DNA from: Octopus sinensis | Lineage: Eukaryota | DNA length: 64,000 nucleotides | Direction of reading: 5' to 3' | Assembly (NCBI RefSeq): GCF_006345805.1 | Contig: NC_043022.1 | Span: forward strand, 9,052,001 to 9,116,000 | Part shown: positions 26,352-39,652 of the stretch, piece after piece | How positions within the stretch are numbered: the stretch's first letter is position 1 | Layout of the letters: each line of letters opens with the position of its first letter | The notes under the pieces: generated by a model | Told to the model about the DNA's origin: nothing | Databases searched by the model: none | Seen by the model: only the letters and a program-made list of their open reading frames with translations | Translations under genes and position numbers: made by a program

Positions 26352-27090
26352 CATACATATATATATACATATATATATACATATATATATGTTGTAAGCT
26401 AATGGAGTTGATTATGTGATTCCTGTTCTTTTGTCCTCTATTAATTGATATATATGTATATGTATGGAGAAAGATTTTCTTAAATAGAAATTATTAATTA
26501 TATAAAAGAATTCTTTAAAAATTTACACTGACATGAACCTTTTGGAGGAAAGATTTCATGTTGTGTGTAAGTGCTTTCCTGTTTATTTTTTAAATGCACG
26601 TTATGGGGTGGGGTTTGATATATGTGTGTGTGTGTGGTGTGTGTGTGTGTGTAAAAAGCATCCAGTACACACTGTAAAGTGGTTGGCATTTGGAAGGGCA
26701 TCGAACTGTAAAAACCATGCCAAGACTGACCTCATCTGTGCTGGTGCCATGTAGAAAACACTCATTCAACTCTGCATGGTGGTTGGTGTTAGGAAGGGCA
26801 TCTAGATATAAAAGCCATTCCAAAATAGACACAGGAGCCTGGTGTAGTCTTCTACCTAGCTGGCTCCTGTCAAACCATCCAACCCATGCCTGCATGGAAG
26901 GTTAAATGATGATGATGAGATATATATATATATTTTTTTCTCTCCTTGTTTTTTCTGTGTACCTTTCTGTTGAAGAGCGTAGGCTCGAAACGTAAAAGAC
27001 TTCTTCTATTCCTGAGTGCTATACTAATACATCTGTTTGTTTGTACACCACCTGCCTTCGTCTTTTGTTTATTTTTGTAAACTTTCCCTT

Positions 27091-27157
<67 letters not shown>

Positions 27158-27427
27158 CATACATACATATATATATACATATATATATACATATATATAT
27201 GTTGTAAGCTAATGGAGTTGATTATGTGATTCCTGTTCTTTTGTCCTCTATTAATTGATATATATGTATATGTATGGAGAAAGATTTTCTTAAATAGAAA
27301 TTATTAATTATATAAAAGAATTCTTTAAAAATTTACACTGACATGAACCTTTTGGAGGAAAGATTTCATGTTGTGTGTAAGTGCTTTCCTGTTTATTTTT
27401 TAAATGCACGTTATGGGGTGGGGTTTG

Positions 27428-27440
<13 letters not shown>
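25826..27440. repeat. Near-identical tandem duplication, period ~809 bp, containing an RTE tail and an H1 element
   Basis: taaaaagcatccagtacac at 25843 and 26652; junctions lie in (TG)n. Confidence 0.95.
26125..26280 (+). mobile_element. H1 hammerhead-bearing element, best-preserved copy (motif 26154-26189; duplicate 26963-26998)
   Basis: cttt-CTGTTGA-a-gagc-gtag-gctc-GAAA-CGT-a-aaag. Confidence 0.7.
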
Positions 27441-27460
<20 letters not shown>

Positions 27461-27677
27461 GAGGGGGGGGGCAATCTCACTGGTTCTGGTGAATGGGTGG
27501 AAACAACATAGGTTTCAAAAAATCCTTTAGTCTTACCAATGACATGGCAGACTCTACAGTGTTGATTCTATGATAAAGTGCACCCACCACATAACTGATA
27601 TATATATATATATATATATACATGCATGGTACACTGAATAAAAATGTTGTGAAGCCTATAACAAGTAATATACTAAG

Positions 27678-27714
<37 letters not shown>

Positions 27715-28271
27715 CTTTATTCATTCATTCATTTAATTGAAACTGCAGAATTAAGTTATCATCACACTGAGTTACCAATTTCTGTTCTCCCTTGAATCCT
27801 GAACTTTGAGCAAATGTATAAACTCTGTTTCTTGTACTTGTTTTGTAAAGCTATTTCTCTTCTTTGTACATTGAAATACATAGACACACACATGATATAT
27901 ATATGTATATATATATGTATATATATGTATATATTATGTGATTGTGTGTGTACATATGTATATGAGAGCTCTTTGATTTACTTCATCAACATTTGTGATT
28001 TTTATCATTTTAGCCGTAGCTGACATGAGGGGTGCACATTTCTGGCTATGTATGTATCTATATTTCTTCTGTATGCATATGTTTTATTCATATATTTTTA
28101 TCTTTAATTTCCATTATCATAGTGATGAGAAAAATTCAATGGATTGCATTGTAAACTAATGCATGCCTTCTTCTTTTTGTTGTGTTCAACGAAACATGCT
28201 TACTTACTTACATACATGCATACATACATACACACACACACATTACATACATACATACACACACACACATT

Positions 28272-28304
<33 letters not shown>

Positions 28305-28378
28305 TTACATACATACATACATACATACATACACACACACATTACATACATACATACACACACACACACAGACACATT

Positions 28379-28411
<33 letters not shown>

Positions 28412-29026
28412 TTACATACACACACACACATTCCATACATACACACACACATTACATACATACATAGATACATACATACATACTTGAATGCTTGTTTGTA
28501 ACTCTCTGGCTTTTGCATACTAAATTACATAATAATTACTTTAGGAAGTAGAGTTACATATTATTCCATACATCATCCTGTGGTGCCCCTGGACACATCA
28601 CCAGTGATATTTTCTAGGGTTGTTAGGTGTTTCAGATCTTTCCTCATCAGACACCATCACCCAGGCAACCCAGCCAGGGTTAGTCAGCTCCCAGCTTGTA
28701 TCTAATTACCACTAACCCTGGAAGCACTGCCCCATCCTGGGCTCACATCTGGATACACATCCACTACTTTTTCTGTAATCTGATTAGCGACCAATTAACA
28801 CACACACACAGAAAGAGGCTGGTGTTTCTCTATGTTGGCAAGATTTATGTTGTGTAGTAAAACTGATTAAACAGAGTACAGTGAACTTGCTATGAGGAAT
28901 GGAAAATACTGTGTCTCAGACTGAGCCCTTGTTCATGAAGAAGCAGAAAGGAGAGAAATTAATGAGACACAGAAGAGTTTTACATCCTCTCAGTTAAAAA
29001 GCAAATTGGCTACAACCAATATATGT

Positions 29027-29200
29027 AGTGAGAGTTTACGAAAAGAACAAAAGACAAAGACAAGTGGTGTACAAAACAAACAGATGTATTAGTATAACGC
29101 TCAGGAATAGAAAAAGTCTTTTACGTTTTGAGCCTACTCTCTTCTACAGAAAGGAACACAGAAAAAGCAAGGAGAGAAAAAAATGTGTGTAGCGGCTAAT
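29027..29200 (-). mobile_element. H1 hammerhead-bearing element (motif 29118-29153)
   Basis: Minus strand cttt-CTGTAGA-a-gaga-gtag-gctc-AAAA-CGT-a-aaag, with flanks homologous to the other H1 copies. Confidence 0.65.
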
Positions 29201-29898
29201 CTATTAATTATTAGTGACAGAAGCAGAATTAATATCATTAGGTAAACTTTATATCCAACTTAACATGGATGCTTTGTTAAAACACTGAATAATGTTGTTA
29301 TTAAAACTTGGGAGATCTTCTCATATAAGTAGTGCTTGGTGCATAAAAGCCTACACATAGATCGTGGCAGATGAAATTTGTCTGTCAGGGACACAGTATT
29401 CAGTGTTCATATACAATTACCTTTTACATACTTATATCATTGGTAGTTCATATTTCTGAAAAAGAAGCACACCCTAAGGGGATGTACCTTGGGCCAATTG
29501 AGTCTGACAAGTTGCCTATTATGGCTAAGCACTTTATAGGCGTCAAGCCAATGGTCACTCTCTGATTGGGCACACACATAGATATTCACATAAATATGCA
29601 TGCTCACACACACAAATTCAATAAACAAGAGTCAATTGAAACAGCTGTTGGAAACAAATTATGAGTCAGCATTCCTGTTGTCTACTCTTCTAAATATGTT
29701 GCTCTAAATTATTATTTTAGCTATCGTTCTGTGTCTCTGCATGCAAGTTTGCAATAATGAATGTATTGAATATATTGGTGTTTAATGAGATGTTGATAAT
29801 TGAGCTCTTGAATGTTATGGATATATCTTATGATGTTTATACATCGTCATAGTACAAACATATATGCATGTGTGTGTGTGTGTATATATATATACATT

Positions 29899-30110
29899 GA
29901 GGGCGGCAAGCTGGCAGAGACGTTAGCGCGCTGGGGCAAAATGCTTAGCGGTATTTCGTCTGCCGTTACATTCTTTGCCTTTCATTCTTTCGGGGTCGAT
30001 AAATAAAGTACCAGTTTCGCACTGGGGGTCGATGTAATCGACTTAATCCCTTTGTCTGTCCTTGTTTGTCCCCTCTATGTTTAGCCCCTTGTGGGTAGTA
30101 AAGAAATAAG
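29899..30110 (+). mobile_element. Young family B SINE, alternative-tail subfamily (B1)
   Basis: Family B head with tail ...gtcccctctatgtttagccccttgtgggtagtaaagaaata; also at 2597, 41918 and 58148. Confidence 0.85.
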
Positions 30111-31366
30111 GAATTCCCTACAGTTTCCACCAACTAAATTTAGTCACGAGACATTGGTTGTCCTGGTGCTATAGTAGAAAATGCTTGTCCAATGTGCTGC
30201 ACCATGGAACTGAACCTGAAACCACATGGTTGCAAAACAGGCTTCTTAACCACACAACCAAGCCTGTGCCTATGAATGCATAGAAGAGTTACTGGTGGGT
30301 AGGGGATGGGGAGATTTTCATAAATCAAAAATTTCTTGGCTTATCACATCAAGCATATTAGTTCTCATTTAACTGTACATACATACAACACATATGTGAA
30401 TATATCTCTAAATAACAATCTGGAAAAGCTGGGGTTCTCAGAAAAATAGAATTTCAACCAGCTAACATGCACATTACAAACATGATCTGTAAGTGGAACA
30501 GTTAAAATGTGCAAGACTGTTTTCAAGTTCAAGATGTGAGTTTGTTTTTATCTACTTTCCAATGATGTAGCTTTGTATCTTTATTGGAAATCAGCTTCTT
30601 CCCTACTGGAAGACTTCACATAATTAAAAATAGAAGAGAACACACACACACATTATTTGTGGGAGTGAAAATCCTGTAAATATGTGAGTAATACATATGC
30701 ATGTATTGGAAATGTGTCAAATCTCATGTATGTATGTATGTATGTGTGTGTGTATATATATATAATGTGTATGTATATATATACACACACACACCCACAT
30801 ATGTATGTATGTATGTATTTGTATATGCGCATGTCTGTCTTCTGGCCAAGATTTCAAACACTTGCCAGCTATATCTTTCACTGTTTTTATCAAACATACA
30901 ATTAACAATTGCAATTTGGCTACAGAAGCTCTTTATATTTCCAGGTACAGATCTACACACACACACACATCAACATCAATAATAAAATATGTTTGATTTT
31001 GAACATAGTTCTGAGTATTGAAATGTATACTGTTTGTGCATGAATGTTTGTAATTTTAAACATGTACACACACATACACACCCAAGCTTATACATAATGA
31101 TGTGACTGCATATAGATATATATATATATGCATATGTAAATATATGTGTGTGTATGCACATACTTACGTATACATACACACATATATATATAGAGAGAGA
31201 GAAATGCAAGCATGTCTATGTGGTTAAGAAATTTGTTACCCAACCACTATCTTGCAGGTTCAGTCCCACTGCAGGCATCTTCTACTCTTGCCCTGGACCA
31301 CCTTGAGAATGGATTTATTTAAGTGAAATTAAAAGAAGCTCATTATATATATATATGGTTTTTCTT

Positions 31367-31799
31367 TTTCATAAGCTTAAAGTGATCACCGTGCAGATCA
31401 CTAAGGAAAATAGTCTAATAATGGGGCATATAAGCCCTTGACAGAAAAAGTAGGCTTTCCCATACACATAAGACTCAAACCCACATCCCTTTGTTAATGC
31501 GACTAAGTGTGTTACCGATTACACCAGCAAACCAGGCTGCTCCTTTCTGTCAAATTTAAGAACTATTTGCACCAAAATATATATATATATAAGCTTAAAG
31601 TTTATAAGTGATCACCATGCAATGACTACAGAAAATAGTCTAATATTGGGGCATATAAGCCTTCAATGGAAAAAAGTTAGGGTTTTTGTATGCACGGGAG
31701 AACCCTCCCTTTTCCCATCAAGGGCTTATATGCCCCAATATTAGACTATTTTCTTTAGTCATTACACAGTGATAGCTTACAAGCTTTAAGCTTATGAAA
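31367..31799. mobile_element. tRNA-headed element with direct and inverted copies of its 3' segment
   Basis: The segment ataagcttaaag...tagtctaatattggggcatataagccc occurs at 31367 and 31589, and inverted at 31710-31799; minus-strand A box tggtgtaatcgg and B box ggtttgagtc at ~31470-31527. Confidence 0.55.
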
Positions 31800-31854
31800 T
31801 ATTATTATTATCATTTACAGAATTGTAAAAAGTGATGCTACTCAACAAAAACCA

Positions 31855-31895
<41 letters not shown>

Positions 31896-33062
31896 TATAT
31901 ATTTCTTATTGATTTTTTTTCTCATGTATTTGATTCTTTTTTTCATGTCTGAAAGTATTGTAGTTGACTGGTCCTTTAGTTCTTTAATATATTTTCAGCT
32001 TGTCTGTTTAAGTCTCAATCAGCTCTAATGAAAAACATTAGTTCATCTGTTATTAATTAGCATGGCTTATAAAAGACATTTATTTTGCTTTACCATTGTC
32101 TTGTTTATACATTTTTTCATATTTCATTACTTTTATTTTGTTGTATCTTGGAAGGGTCATTATCCCAATAATAAACACATGCACTGACTATATTTCAGTT
32201 TATTTTTATTATAATTATAATTATTATGGCAGTGAGCTGGCAGAATCGTTACTGCACCAGGAAAAATACTTAACAGCATTTTGTCTGTCTGAGTTCAAAT
32301 TCTGCCTAGGTCAATTTTACCTTTCATCCTTTCAGGGTCGATAAAATAAGTACCAGTTGTGTACTAGGGTCAATGTAATTGACAATGCCCTCCTACAAAT
32401 TTCAGGTCTTGTGCCTATAGTAGAAAGGGTTATTATTATTATCAGTCAGTTGGTTAATCAATTAACCAATTGACTAATTGATTAACCATTCATGCAATCA
32501 ATCACTCAGTTAGTCCTTTTATTGCCATCCATGACCTCACTAATGACATGTCATCTCTACTCTGCCAGTTATTAGGCATTGCTGATTTCATGCTGACTTG
32601 CTTGACACCAGATGTTTTAATGTTTCTCTTGTTACATCACTTCTCTGCCTCACTCTGTCCTCCTCTCCCTGTGTGTGAGCATATTTCCTTTCATGTGTAT
32701 GAGGAGAGGGCAAAATATTTATATCAATCATTTTCAATTTAAAAATTATAAAGTCTCTCTCTCTATCTTTCATTCAGTATGTATATATTTCTGTATATAT
32801 TTCTCTGTGTGTTTGTCTAGTCAGCTGTGCTCAATAAGTATTGTCCAGACAGTTGTACCAAACCGTCTCATTCTGCTTGGAAAGATTACTTCTGTGTGCA
32901 GAAACATGTAATCAGCCATGACTGAGGGTGGCCCTAGATCCTATTTCTTTAGACTAACCAATACAATTTACATACATAATTTCCTAATTCTGTGTACCAG
33001 CCAATTATATACACTATGTCAGTCTTTCCTCACCACCCTGCTTCTTAATTTTTGGTCTAGAG

Positions 33063-33673
33063 CTGTGGTTTTCAATCATTTTTTTGCCTATGGACCCCTT
33101 TGATTCCTATTTTACTCGAATGGACCCTTATAGCCATTCGATGTCTAAAAATCCTATTATATTTTTATAAATAAATATTATTAGGAATTGTATGCAAAAA
33201 ATTAAAATATTTTGTGCATTGTAGAAGTATAACCAGTTCATTGCACATAAATTCTAACAACAGAATCTTATATGGATCCCACCCCCACCCAACAAGGGTC
33301 ATATGGATCCTGATTGAGAATCATTGATCTAAATCTATGAACAAAGGCAGTTTTTGCCTTGACCATCATACCATTCTCCATGTCATTGGATATTTTATTC
33401 ACATGATGGTGATTAGCATAGAATCAATGATGTTAGACCAGTGGTTCCCAACTAATTTTTGCCTAAAGATCCCTTTAATTTGCATTTTACTCAACTGGAC
33501 CTTAATAACCATTTGAAGTTTTAAAAATCCTATTATATTTCTTTGATAAAATATTATTAGGAATTGTTTAAAAAAATTGTTAAAATATTTTGTGCATTGT
33601 AGAAGTACAACCAGTTTATTGCACATGAATTTTAATGACAAAATCTAATATGGACCCCAGCTGAGAACCCCTG
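33063..33673 (+). mobile_element. Two adjacent hAT-like MITEs (33063-33327 and 33439-33673)
   Basis: cagtggttcccaa...gagaacccctg termini and mutually homologous internal sequence; a third copy lies on the minus strand at 48852-49930. Confidence 0.7.
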
Positions 33674-34819
33674 GCCAAGAGAAAGAAAGAGAGAGAGAGA
33701 GAGAGAGAAAGTGTGTGTGTGTTTATTTATTTTAAATACTTCATTCCCTATTTTACAACAAATTTAGTCTTGAAATACTGAAAATTGCATAATAAAAATG
33801 GTGAAAGAGCAATAGCAACATTATGTGTCTTCATGAATTTGAGCCTATATGAGACCTAATGATGCAATTATAGCAATTAACCAACCAATCTAGAGGAAAA
33901 TAAGATTTAATCTGACCAAAAAAATATCATTAAGCAAGTTTTAATTATTCAGAATCCATTGGGTAAATTCTAAATGGGTTTTTTTTCCCATTTTGTTTTG
34001 TTTTTCTTTATTTTCGTGTATAATTGATTTGTTTGTTTTCATTTTTTAATTTCATGTCATAATTAGTTAGTACTAGCATCGTTGGTTACAGGTGTCTAAT
34101 GGACCAATTGCTAATGAAACGAACAGGATAATTAATCTGCATGTATTTCGTTCGGTGATGTCACAAGCTCTGCTTACAGAACGACTCCCTCACATTGTCA
34201 ATTACATTTCAATTTTGCATGTCTTTGCATCACTTTCTCTCTTTTTTTCCTTTCTCACTTGTTTGACCAATGGCTAACCTGTTCTTGGAGTATCTTGCAA
34301 AAGACACTTTTCATTTCTGATATTCACTTGTTTCAGTAAATTATTGTCGTTGAGACTGAGATCAATATTAATTAAACAAATCTATAAACAATATTTTTAT
34401 TGTTTATCTTTTATTTGTTTCAGTCATTAGAACCATGGCCATGCTGGGGCCACTGCCTTGAAAGATTTTAGTCAAACAAATTGACCCCAGTGCTTTTATT
34501 TTTTTCTTTAAACCCTGATACTTATTCTATTGGTTTCTTTTGCCAAACCATTAAGTTACAGGGACATAAACACACTAACACCGGTTGTCAAGCAATGGGG
34601 GGGGGACACAAAGACACACACACACACATATATATAAACAACAGGTTTCTTTCATTTTCTATCTAACAAACCCACTCACAAGACTTTGGTCAGCCCAAGT
34701 TTATTGTAGAAGACTTGCCCAAGATCACATGCAGTGGGACTGAACCTGGACGTGTGTGGTTGGGAAGCAAACTTCTTACCACATAGCCATGCCTGTGCTT
34801 ATATGACCAAACAGATATA

Positions 34820-35714
34820 ATAGATTGTTAGATAAATTCACTTGTTTTTTTTTGGTGGGGTGGGGGTTCCATTTATTTTAATTCTTATATTTCATCAATG
34901 ATTTTAACAAATTAGTCAATAATTTACTCCCCCTTCTTTATTCACACATTCTTGACATTCCACTAGCTTGTCAATGCCTTGATGGCAGAAATCATCAAGT
35001 CTTGAATCAATTCATCAAACCACTATTTTCAGCTCTATGTTATTGCTGAACAAAACACCTTGCGGACTGTTGGAAAACTACTAAAAAAAGATGATAATTT
35101 GAAACCGCTAGATCAGGAGAATACTGTGGGTGCAGTATAATGTCCCAACCAAGTGTTTGAATATCATTTTTGATCCAGTTAGTGGTGAGGAGTTGAACAT
35201 TGTCATGCTAAAGAAGCACACTGTGTCATTAGCTAGGCCATTTCAGCAGGATTGCCCATCAAGTGAAGGTGATGGTCAGCGGTATAATAAGAGTATCCTA
35301 TCTGGTGAGCGGATTCCCTGATGGACTAGTGCAAATCCTTGTGGGTGTTCTCATTCAATCAACCATCTTTGAACTTCTCCTCCTTGAAGCATGAAAATCA
35401 TTTCTGTGTGCAATTGCCTCAGTAACAATACGTTCACATACACAACACCAATGTCTTGAGTGGTTTTGGCAGCTTTGGAACCTTGACTGTAAATGCAGAG
35501 AAGCAGGGGTTGGAAATGTTCAACTTTTTTTCTGCTTGGCACTCCATTGTCTTATATCTGAAAAGAAATAAAATTCATACTTCAAAAACAATAAACAAAA
35601 GTTGTAGAGGAAGAATAGAGCTACAAAGATCCACAAAGCACTACAGTAAAAATATTTTTCTTGTAAATTCAAATTGCATTGGAAAGAAACAAAGAAAATT
35701 ACCGGACAACTCTA
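34820..35714 (-). mobile_element. Internally deleted mariner DNA transposon
   Basis: Contains transposase remnants; weak, TA-flanked TIR-like ends. Confidence 0.7.
34912..35547 (-). pseudogene. Mariner transposase pseudogene
   Basis: N-terminus MECQAEK.VEHFQPLLLCIYSQGSKAAKTTQDI; C-terminus HDNVQ...LGWDIILHPQYSPDLAVSNYHLF...GIDKLVE (YSPDL motif); stops, frameshifts and a large central deletion. Confidence 0.85.
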
Positions 35715-36547
35715 TACAAGTCAAAATTTTCTTACATTTTTTCAGACAGCTGACTCTACAGTATCCTTTATATGCTTTCTCTTTATTTAAGATGATAGGG
35801 TCTGATCAGGAAAAGACTTGATTGTTATTTCAAGCCAGTTTCTGTGTTTGTCTCAGAATTCAGTTCAGGAACAAGAATAGATAAAAAAAAGTAAAGACAA
35901 AGGAGTATATATTTTGTTGTTTGGCTCTCAAGTTAGTCCGTCATTCTTTAATTTCCTCAGGAAACATATCTGATTGTGGGGAATGTGACCTTACTTGGAA
36001 ACCGGTGGAAGATGCTGACAGGAAGGACATCTGGCCATAGAATATCTATCTCAACAAATTCTGTCTGACCCATGCTAGCATGGGAAAGTGGACATCAAAA
36101 CAATAGTGATGATGATGATGATGGCTAAACCAAAAAGGATTTGTTCACCACTCTAAAGATTCTGCTAATCCACTGTGTATCAGTTCACCCTAGTTTTTTT
36201 TTGGGGGGGGGGGTATTTTTTTTCTTCTTTTAAATGACTTCAGAACATTTGTGCATAAAATTATATTTTCATTGCACTAATCTAATTTGTGTCATTGCAG
36301 GACATCAATAACCTAATTATTTTTGTAACAATCTTAAATTTATATAAATAGCCGCCAGGGAGCTTCTTATGAATTCATGACAACAGAACTTGTTACATTA
36401 GGCTAAATGACAAAAATGGTAAAATGCTAGATTAGATAACAAATCTGGTAGAATGTTAGATTAATAACTCTCAAAGAATCTTAGATTAACTGACAGAATA
36501 CTAGACAAAATGACAGAACTGGTATAATCCTAGATTTAACCCTTTAG

Positions 36548-36960
36548 CATGACTTCTAGATTGTGGTTTCAATTCCTGGACTGGGCAGTGCATTGTGTTC
36601 TTGAGCAAGACACTTCATTTCATGTTGCTCCAGTCCACTCAGCTAATGGTTAGGATGTTGCACTCATGACTTCTAGATTGTGGTTTCAATTCCTGGACTG
36701 GGCAGTGCATTGTGTTCTTGTACAAAACACTTCATTCCATGTTGCTCCAGTCCACTCAGCTAATGGTTAGGATGTTGCACTCATGACTTCTAGATTGTGT
36801 TTTCAATTCCTGGACTGGGCAGTGCATTGTGTTCTTGTACAAAACACTTTATTCCATGTTGCTCCAGTCCACTCCTTTGTAAATGAGTATTCCTGTGACA
36901 GACTGGCACACCATTCCAGGGGAATGTTGTGATCTCAGACATTTATACCACCAGGGAAAC
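36548..36960 (+). mobile_element. Family D tRNA/CORE SINE with its 117-bp head tandemly triplicated
   Basis: catgacttctagattgtg at 36548, 36665 and 36782; ggtttcaattcc B box; ttgagcaagacactt CORE-like motif. Confidence 0.85.
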
Positions 36961-38060
36961 CAGGTTACTGTCCCACTGAATTCTAGAGCTTGAGACAGTA
37001 TGTCCAAGAGAATTTTACTCGACTATAACCTGAGATCAAATACAACCAAAGCTGACTTTACCTTGCATAACTTTTGATACAAATAGTTGGTGCCTTTGTT
37101 TGTATCAAAAGTTTTGTTCTCATATTGGCCTACAATCAAAGGCATCCCAGCCATGACCAGACCAAATTTTTTTCTTGATTCAATTATAGGGTATCCTAGA
37201 CAGGTATTAGTTGTTTTGGCACCATCTGTTTGATGTTCTTAATTCAACACCGATTCAACTCGATTCATCATGCCAAAATTATCAGCATCCATCCAGCTGT
37301 GCCCAATCGTCTCATTCTATCCCAGACTACATATCCAATGAGTGCTTCCTTCTTTTTTTAGGACAATATATGGGTGCAGCAAAACTTCGCTATTATTTCT
37401 AGCATGTCACATAACCTCATAGGGATTCCCTTGTAAACACCAAATATTTGGCCTTGTCTTAATGTGACTAATAATAATTATTATTATGATTGTCTTTTCC
37501 TCTACAATACATTACTACATTTTTTAGTTAACTGTAGAAAAGCATACTTTCCTTCTCTGTCTCTCCTTCTCTTCCTCTCTCTTCATTTCCTTCTATCTCC
37601 CTCCTTTTATCCCCCTCCACTTCCCTTAATTTCTTTATCTCTCCTCCTTTTTCTCCTCTCCCTGTTTCCCACTCCCTTCATTTCTTTCTCTAAACCTCCC
37701 TCTCTTTATTTCCAACTTTATCTCTCCCTATCTTCCTCCTTCTATCTTCTTCCCTCTATCTTCCCCTTCTCTTTCATTTCTTTCTCCCCCCCCCTTCCTC
37801 TCTTCCCCCTGCCTCTCTTCAGTTCTTTATCCCTCCCCCCTCTTTCTCCCTCTGTTCCCCATTTTCTTCATTTCTTTCTCTATACCTCTCTCTCTCTCCC
37901 TCTCTTCCTCCCTCCCACTCTTCATTTCATTCCCTACCCCTCCCTCCTCTTCTCTTTCTTCATTTCGTTCTCTCTTTCTTCCTTCCTTTGAGACTCCAAT
38001 ATTGAACAGAATAGAATTAGATAGCACAAATTGATGGCTGGCCACTGGTCAATATGACAT

Positions 38061-38091
<31 letters not shown>

Positions 38092-38884
38092 CATATGTTC
38101 ATAATAGTGTATGTGTGCAGGTGGTGTATATGATATGGCACTGGTATATAGTGTGTGTGTGTGTGTGTTTTCTGTAGAAATGACTGGTTTCACTCACAAA
38201 ATTGGTAATGACCATCCAGTAAATAAATAAACAAAAACAAAAAATGCACATATAAAAACTGCAATAAAAATAATAAACAGAAACCTCATATGCCATCCCG
38301 ACACCCCACCACCTCACGCCACCACCACCCATCCCTCGGACAGACTGAGAAGGACTTAATCTGAGATCATATTGGAATAATATCAGAGTAATTTAGTCAG
38401 GAATGGTTTTAACGATGGTATCAGTAGTTGACTACATAAGGAGAGATCAGATGGAAGAAGGGGGAGGAGGAGGGTGTGGTGGAAGTTAATAGGATTAGTG
38501 TGAGTTGTCCGGATGTGATACAAACCATGTGGTAATTGATTGGTGGGGGTAGGAGGAGGAGAGGGTGGGGGAGGTAAGTGAAGAAACAAAGTTTGCAAGG
38601 ACATTTCCTGGAGAGAAGAAATTTTTAAAAGTAAAAATGATGATGATGACGATGATGATGGTTAGAAATATTAAGAGAGAAAGGAAGAAAAAATGGACAG
38701 GGACAAATACGATGAGACAACAGAAGATAAGGGGGAGGCAGTGGCAGTGGTGGAGGTAATTGAGGTTTGTGGTATTAATGGTGGTGGGTCAGTCATAAAA
38801 ATATAGGATTAAATCATCTGGACCCTTACCTTATTTTGTTCTCGTGGGTTTTAACTTATTTGTTATCATATTTCTGTTGAAATA

Positions 38885-39093
38885 ACCCTGGAGAAGGACA
38901 TCATGCTCGGAATGGTCAGTGGCAAGAGAGGAATAGGCCGACCAAGAACCTGCTGGCTTGACACCATCAAGAGTGATACCGGAATGGACATAGCCAATCT
39001 GAAAGAAGTGGCCCAGGATAGAACTGACTGAAGGACACTGATCCAACGAGTGACTGAGAGTCAACTTCGACTGAGCGGATAGATAGATAGATA
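38885..39093 (+). pseudogene. RTE-BovB-like LINE 3' end with (GATA)n tail, inserted in a MITE
   Basis: Translation LEKDIMLGMVSGKRGIGRPRTCWLDTIKSDTGMDIANLKEVAQDRTD*RTLIQRVTESQLRLSG* matches the BovB-type C-terminus. Confidence 0.85.
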
Positions 39094-39314
39094 ATTAATT
39101 TTCAAAATAACAAAGTATTAAGTAAAAGAATTTTATCATCGTTAAGTTTTGAACATAAATTAACCCTCTAGCATTGAAACTGGCCTTATCAGGCCCAAAT
39201 ATTCTACCTGCTTTATGTTCAAACTGGTGAGAGCCCTTTGCACCTACTCTACAATATCATTCTGAACAAACATAAGCAGTCATATCATTGAAATCTCAAG
39301 GCTACGAGATAGGG

Positions 39315-39652
39315 TGAAGAGTAAAGACCCCCTTCAGCCGTAAATGACCATAGGATTGCACCTAGAAAGTTTTCCTCCGAGGCACAAGTCTGAGCAAGGT
39401 TGTTTATGGAAGACCAGCAGTCACCCATGCATACCAACCCCTCCTCTCCATGCCACCAGTGTTATCCAAGGAAAAGGCAAAGGGTCCAATACAGCTTGGC
39501 ACCAGTGATGTCATGACTCATTTTTAAAGCTGAGTGTGTAGGAGCAACATGAAATAAAATGTCTTGCTCAAGAACGCAACACACACCCCAGCCCGAGAAT
39601 CAAACTACCTCATGATTGTGAGTCCAACACTCTAATCATTGAGCCAAATGCT
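39315..39652 (-). mobile_element. Family D SINE, near full length (related copies at 45830-46035 and 56577-56780)
   Basis: Minus-strand tRNA-like head tggctcaatgattagagtgttggactc followed by ttcttgagcaagacatt. Confidence 0.75.

Noticed and set aside
32443-32474. Short palindrome agtcagttggttaat/attaaccaattgact
   Set aside because: Explained by degenerate (TCAA/TTGA)n simple repeats in opposite orientation.
34080-34340. TAAT-rich enhancer-like unique sequence
   Set aside because: Such motifs are expected by chance at this AT content; no conservation data available.
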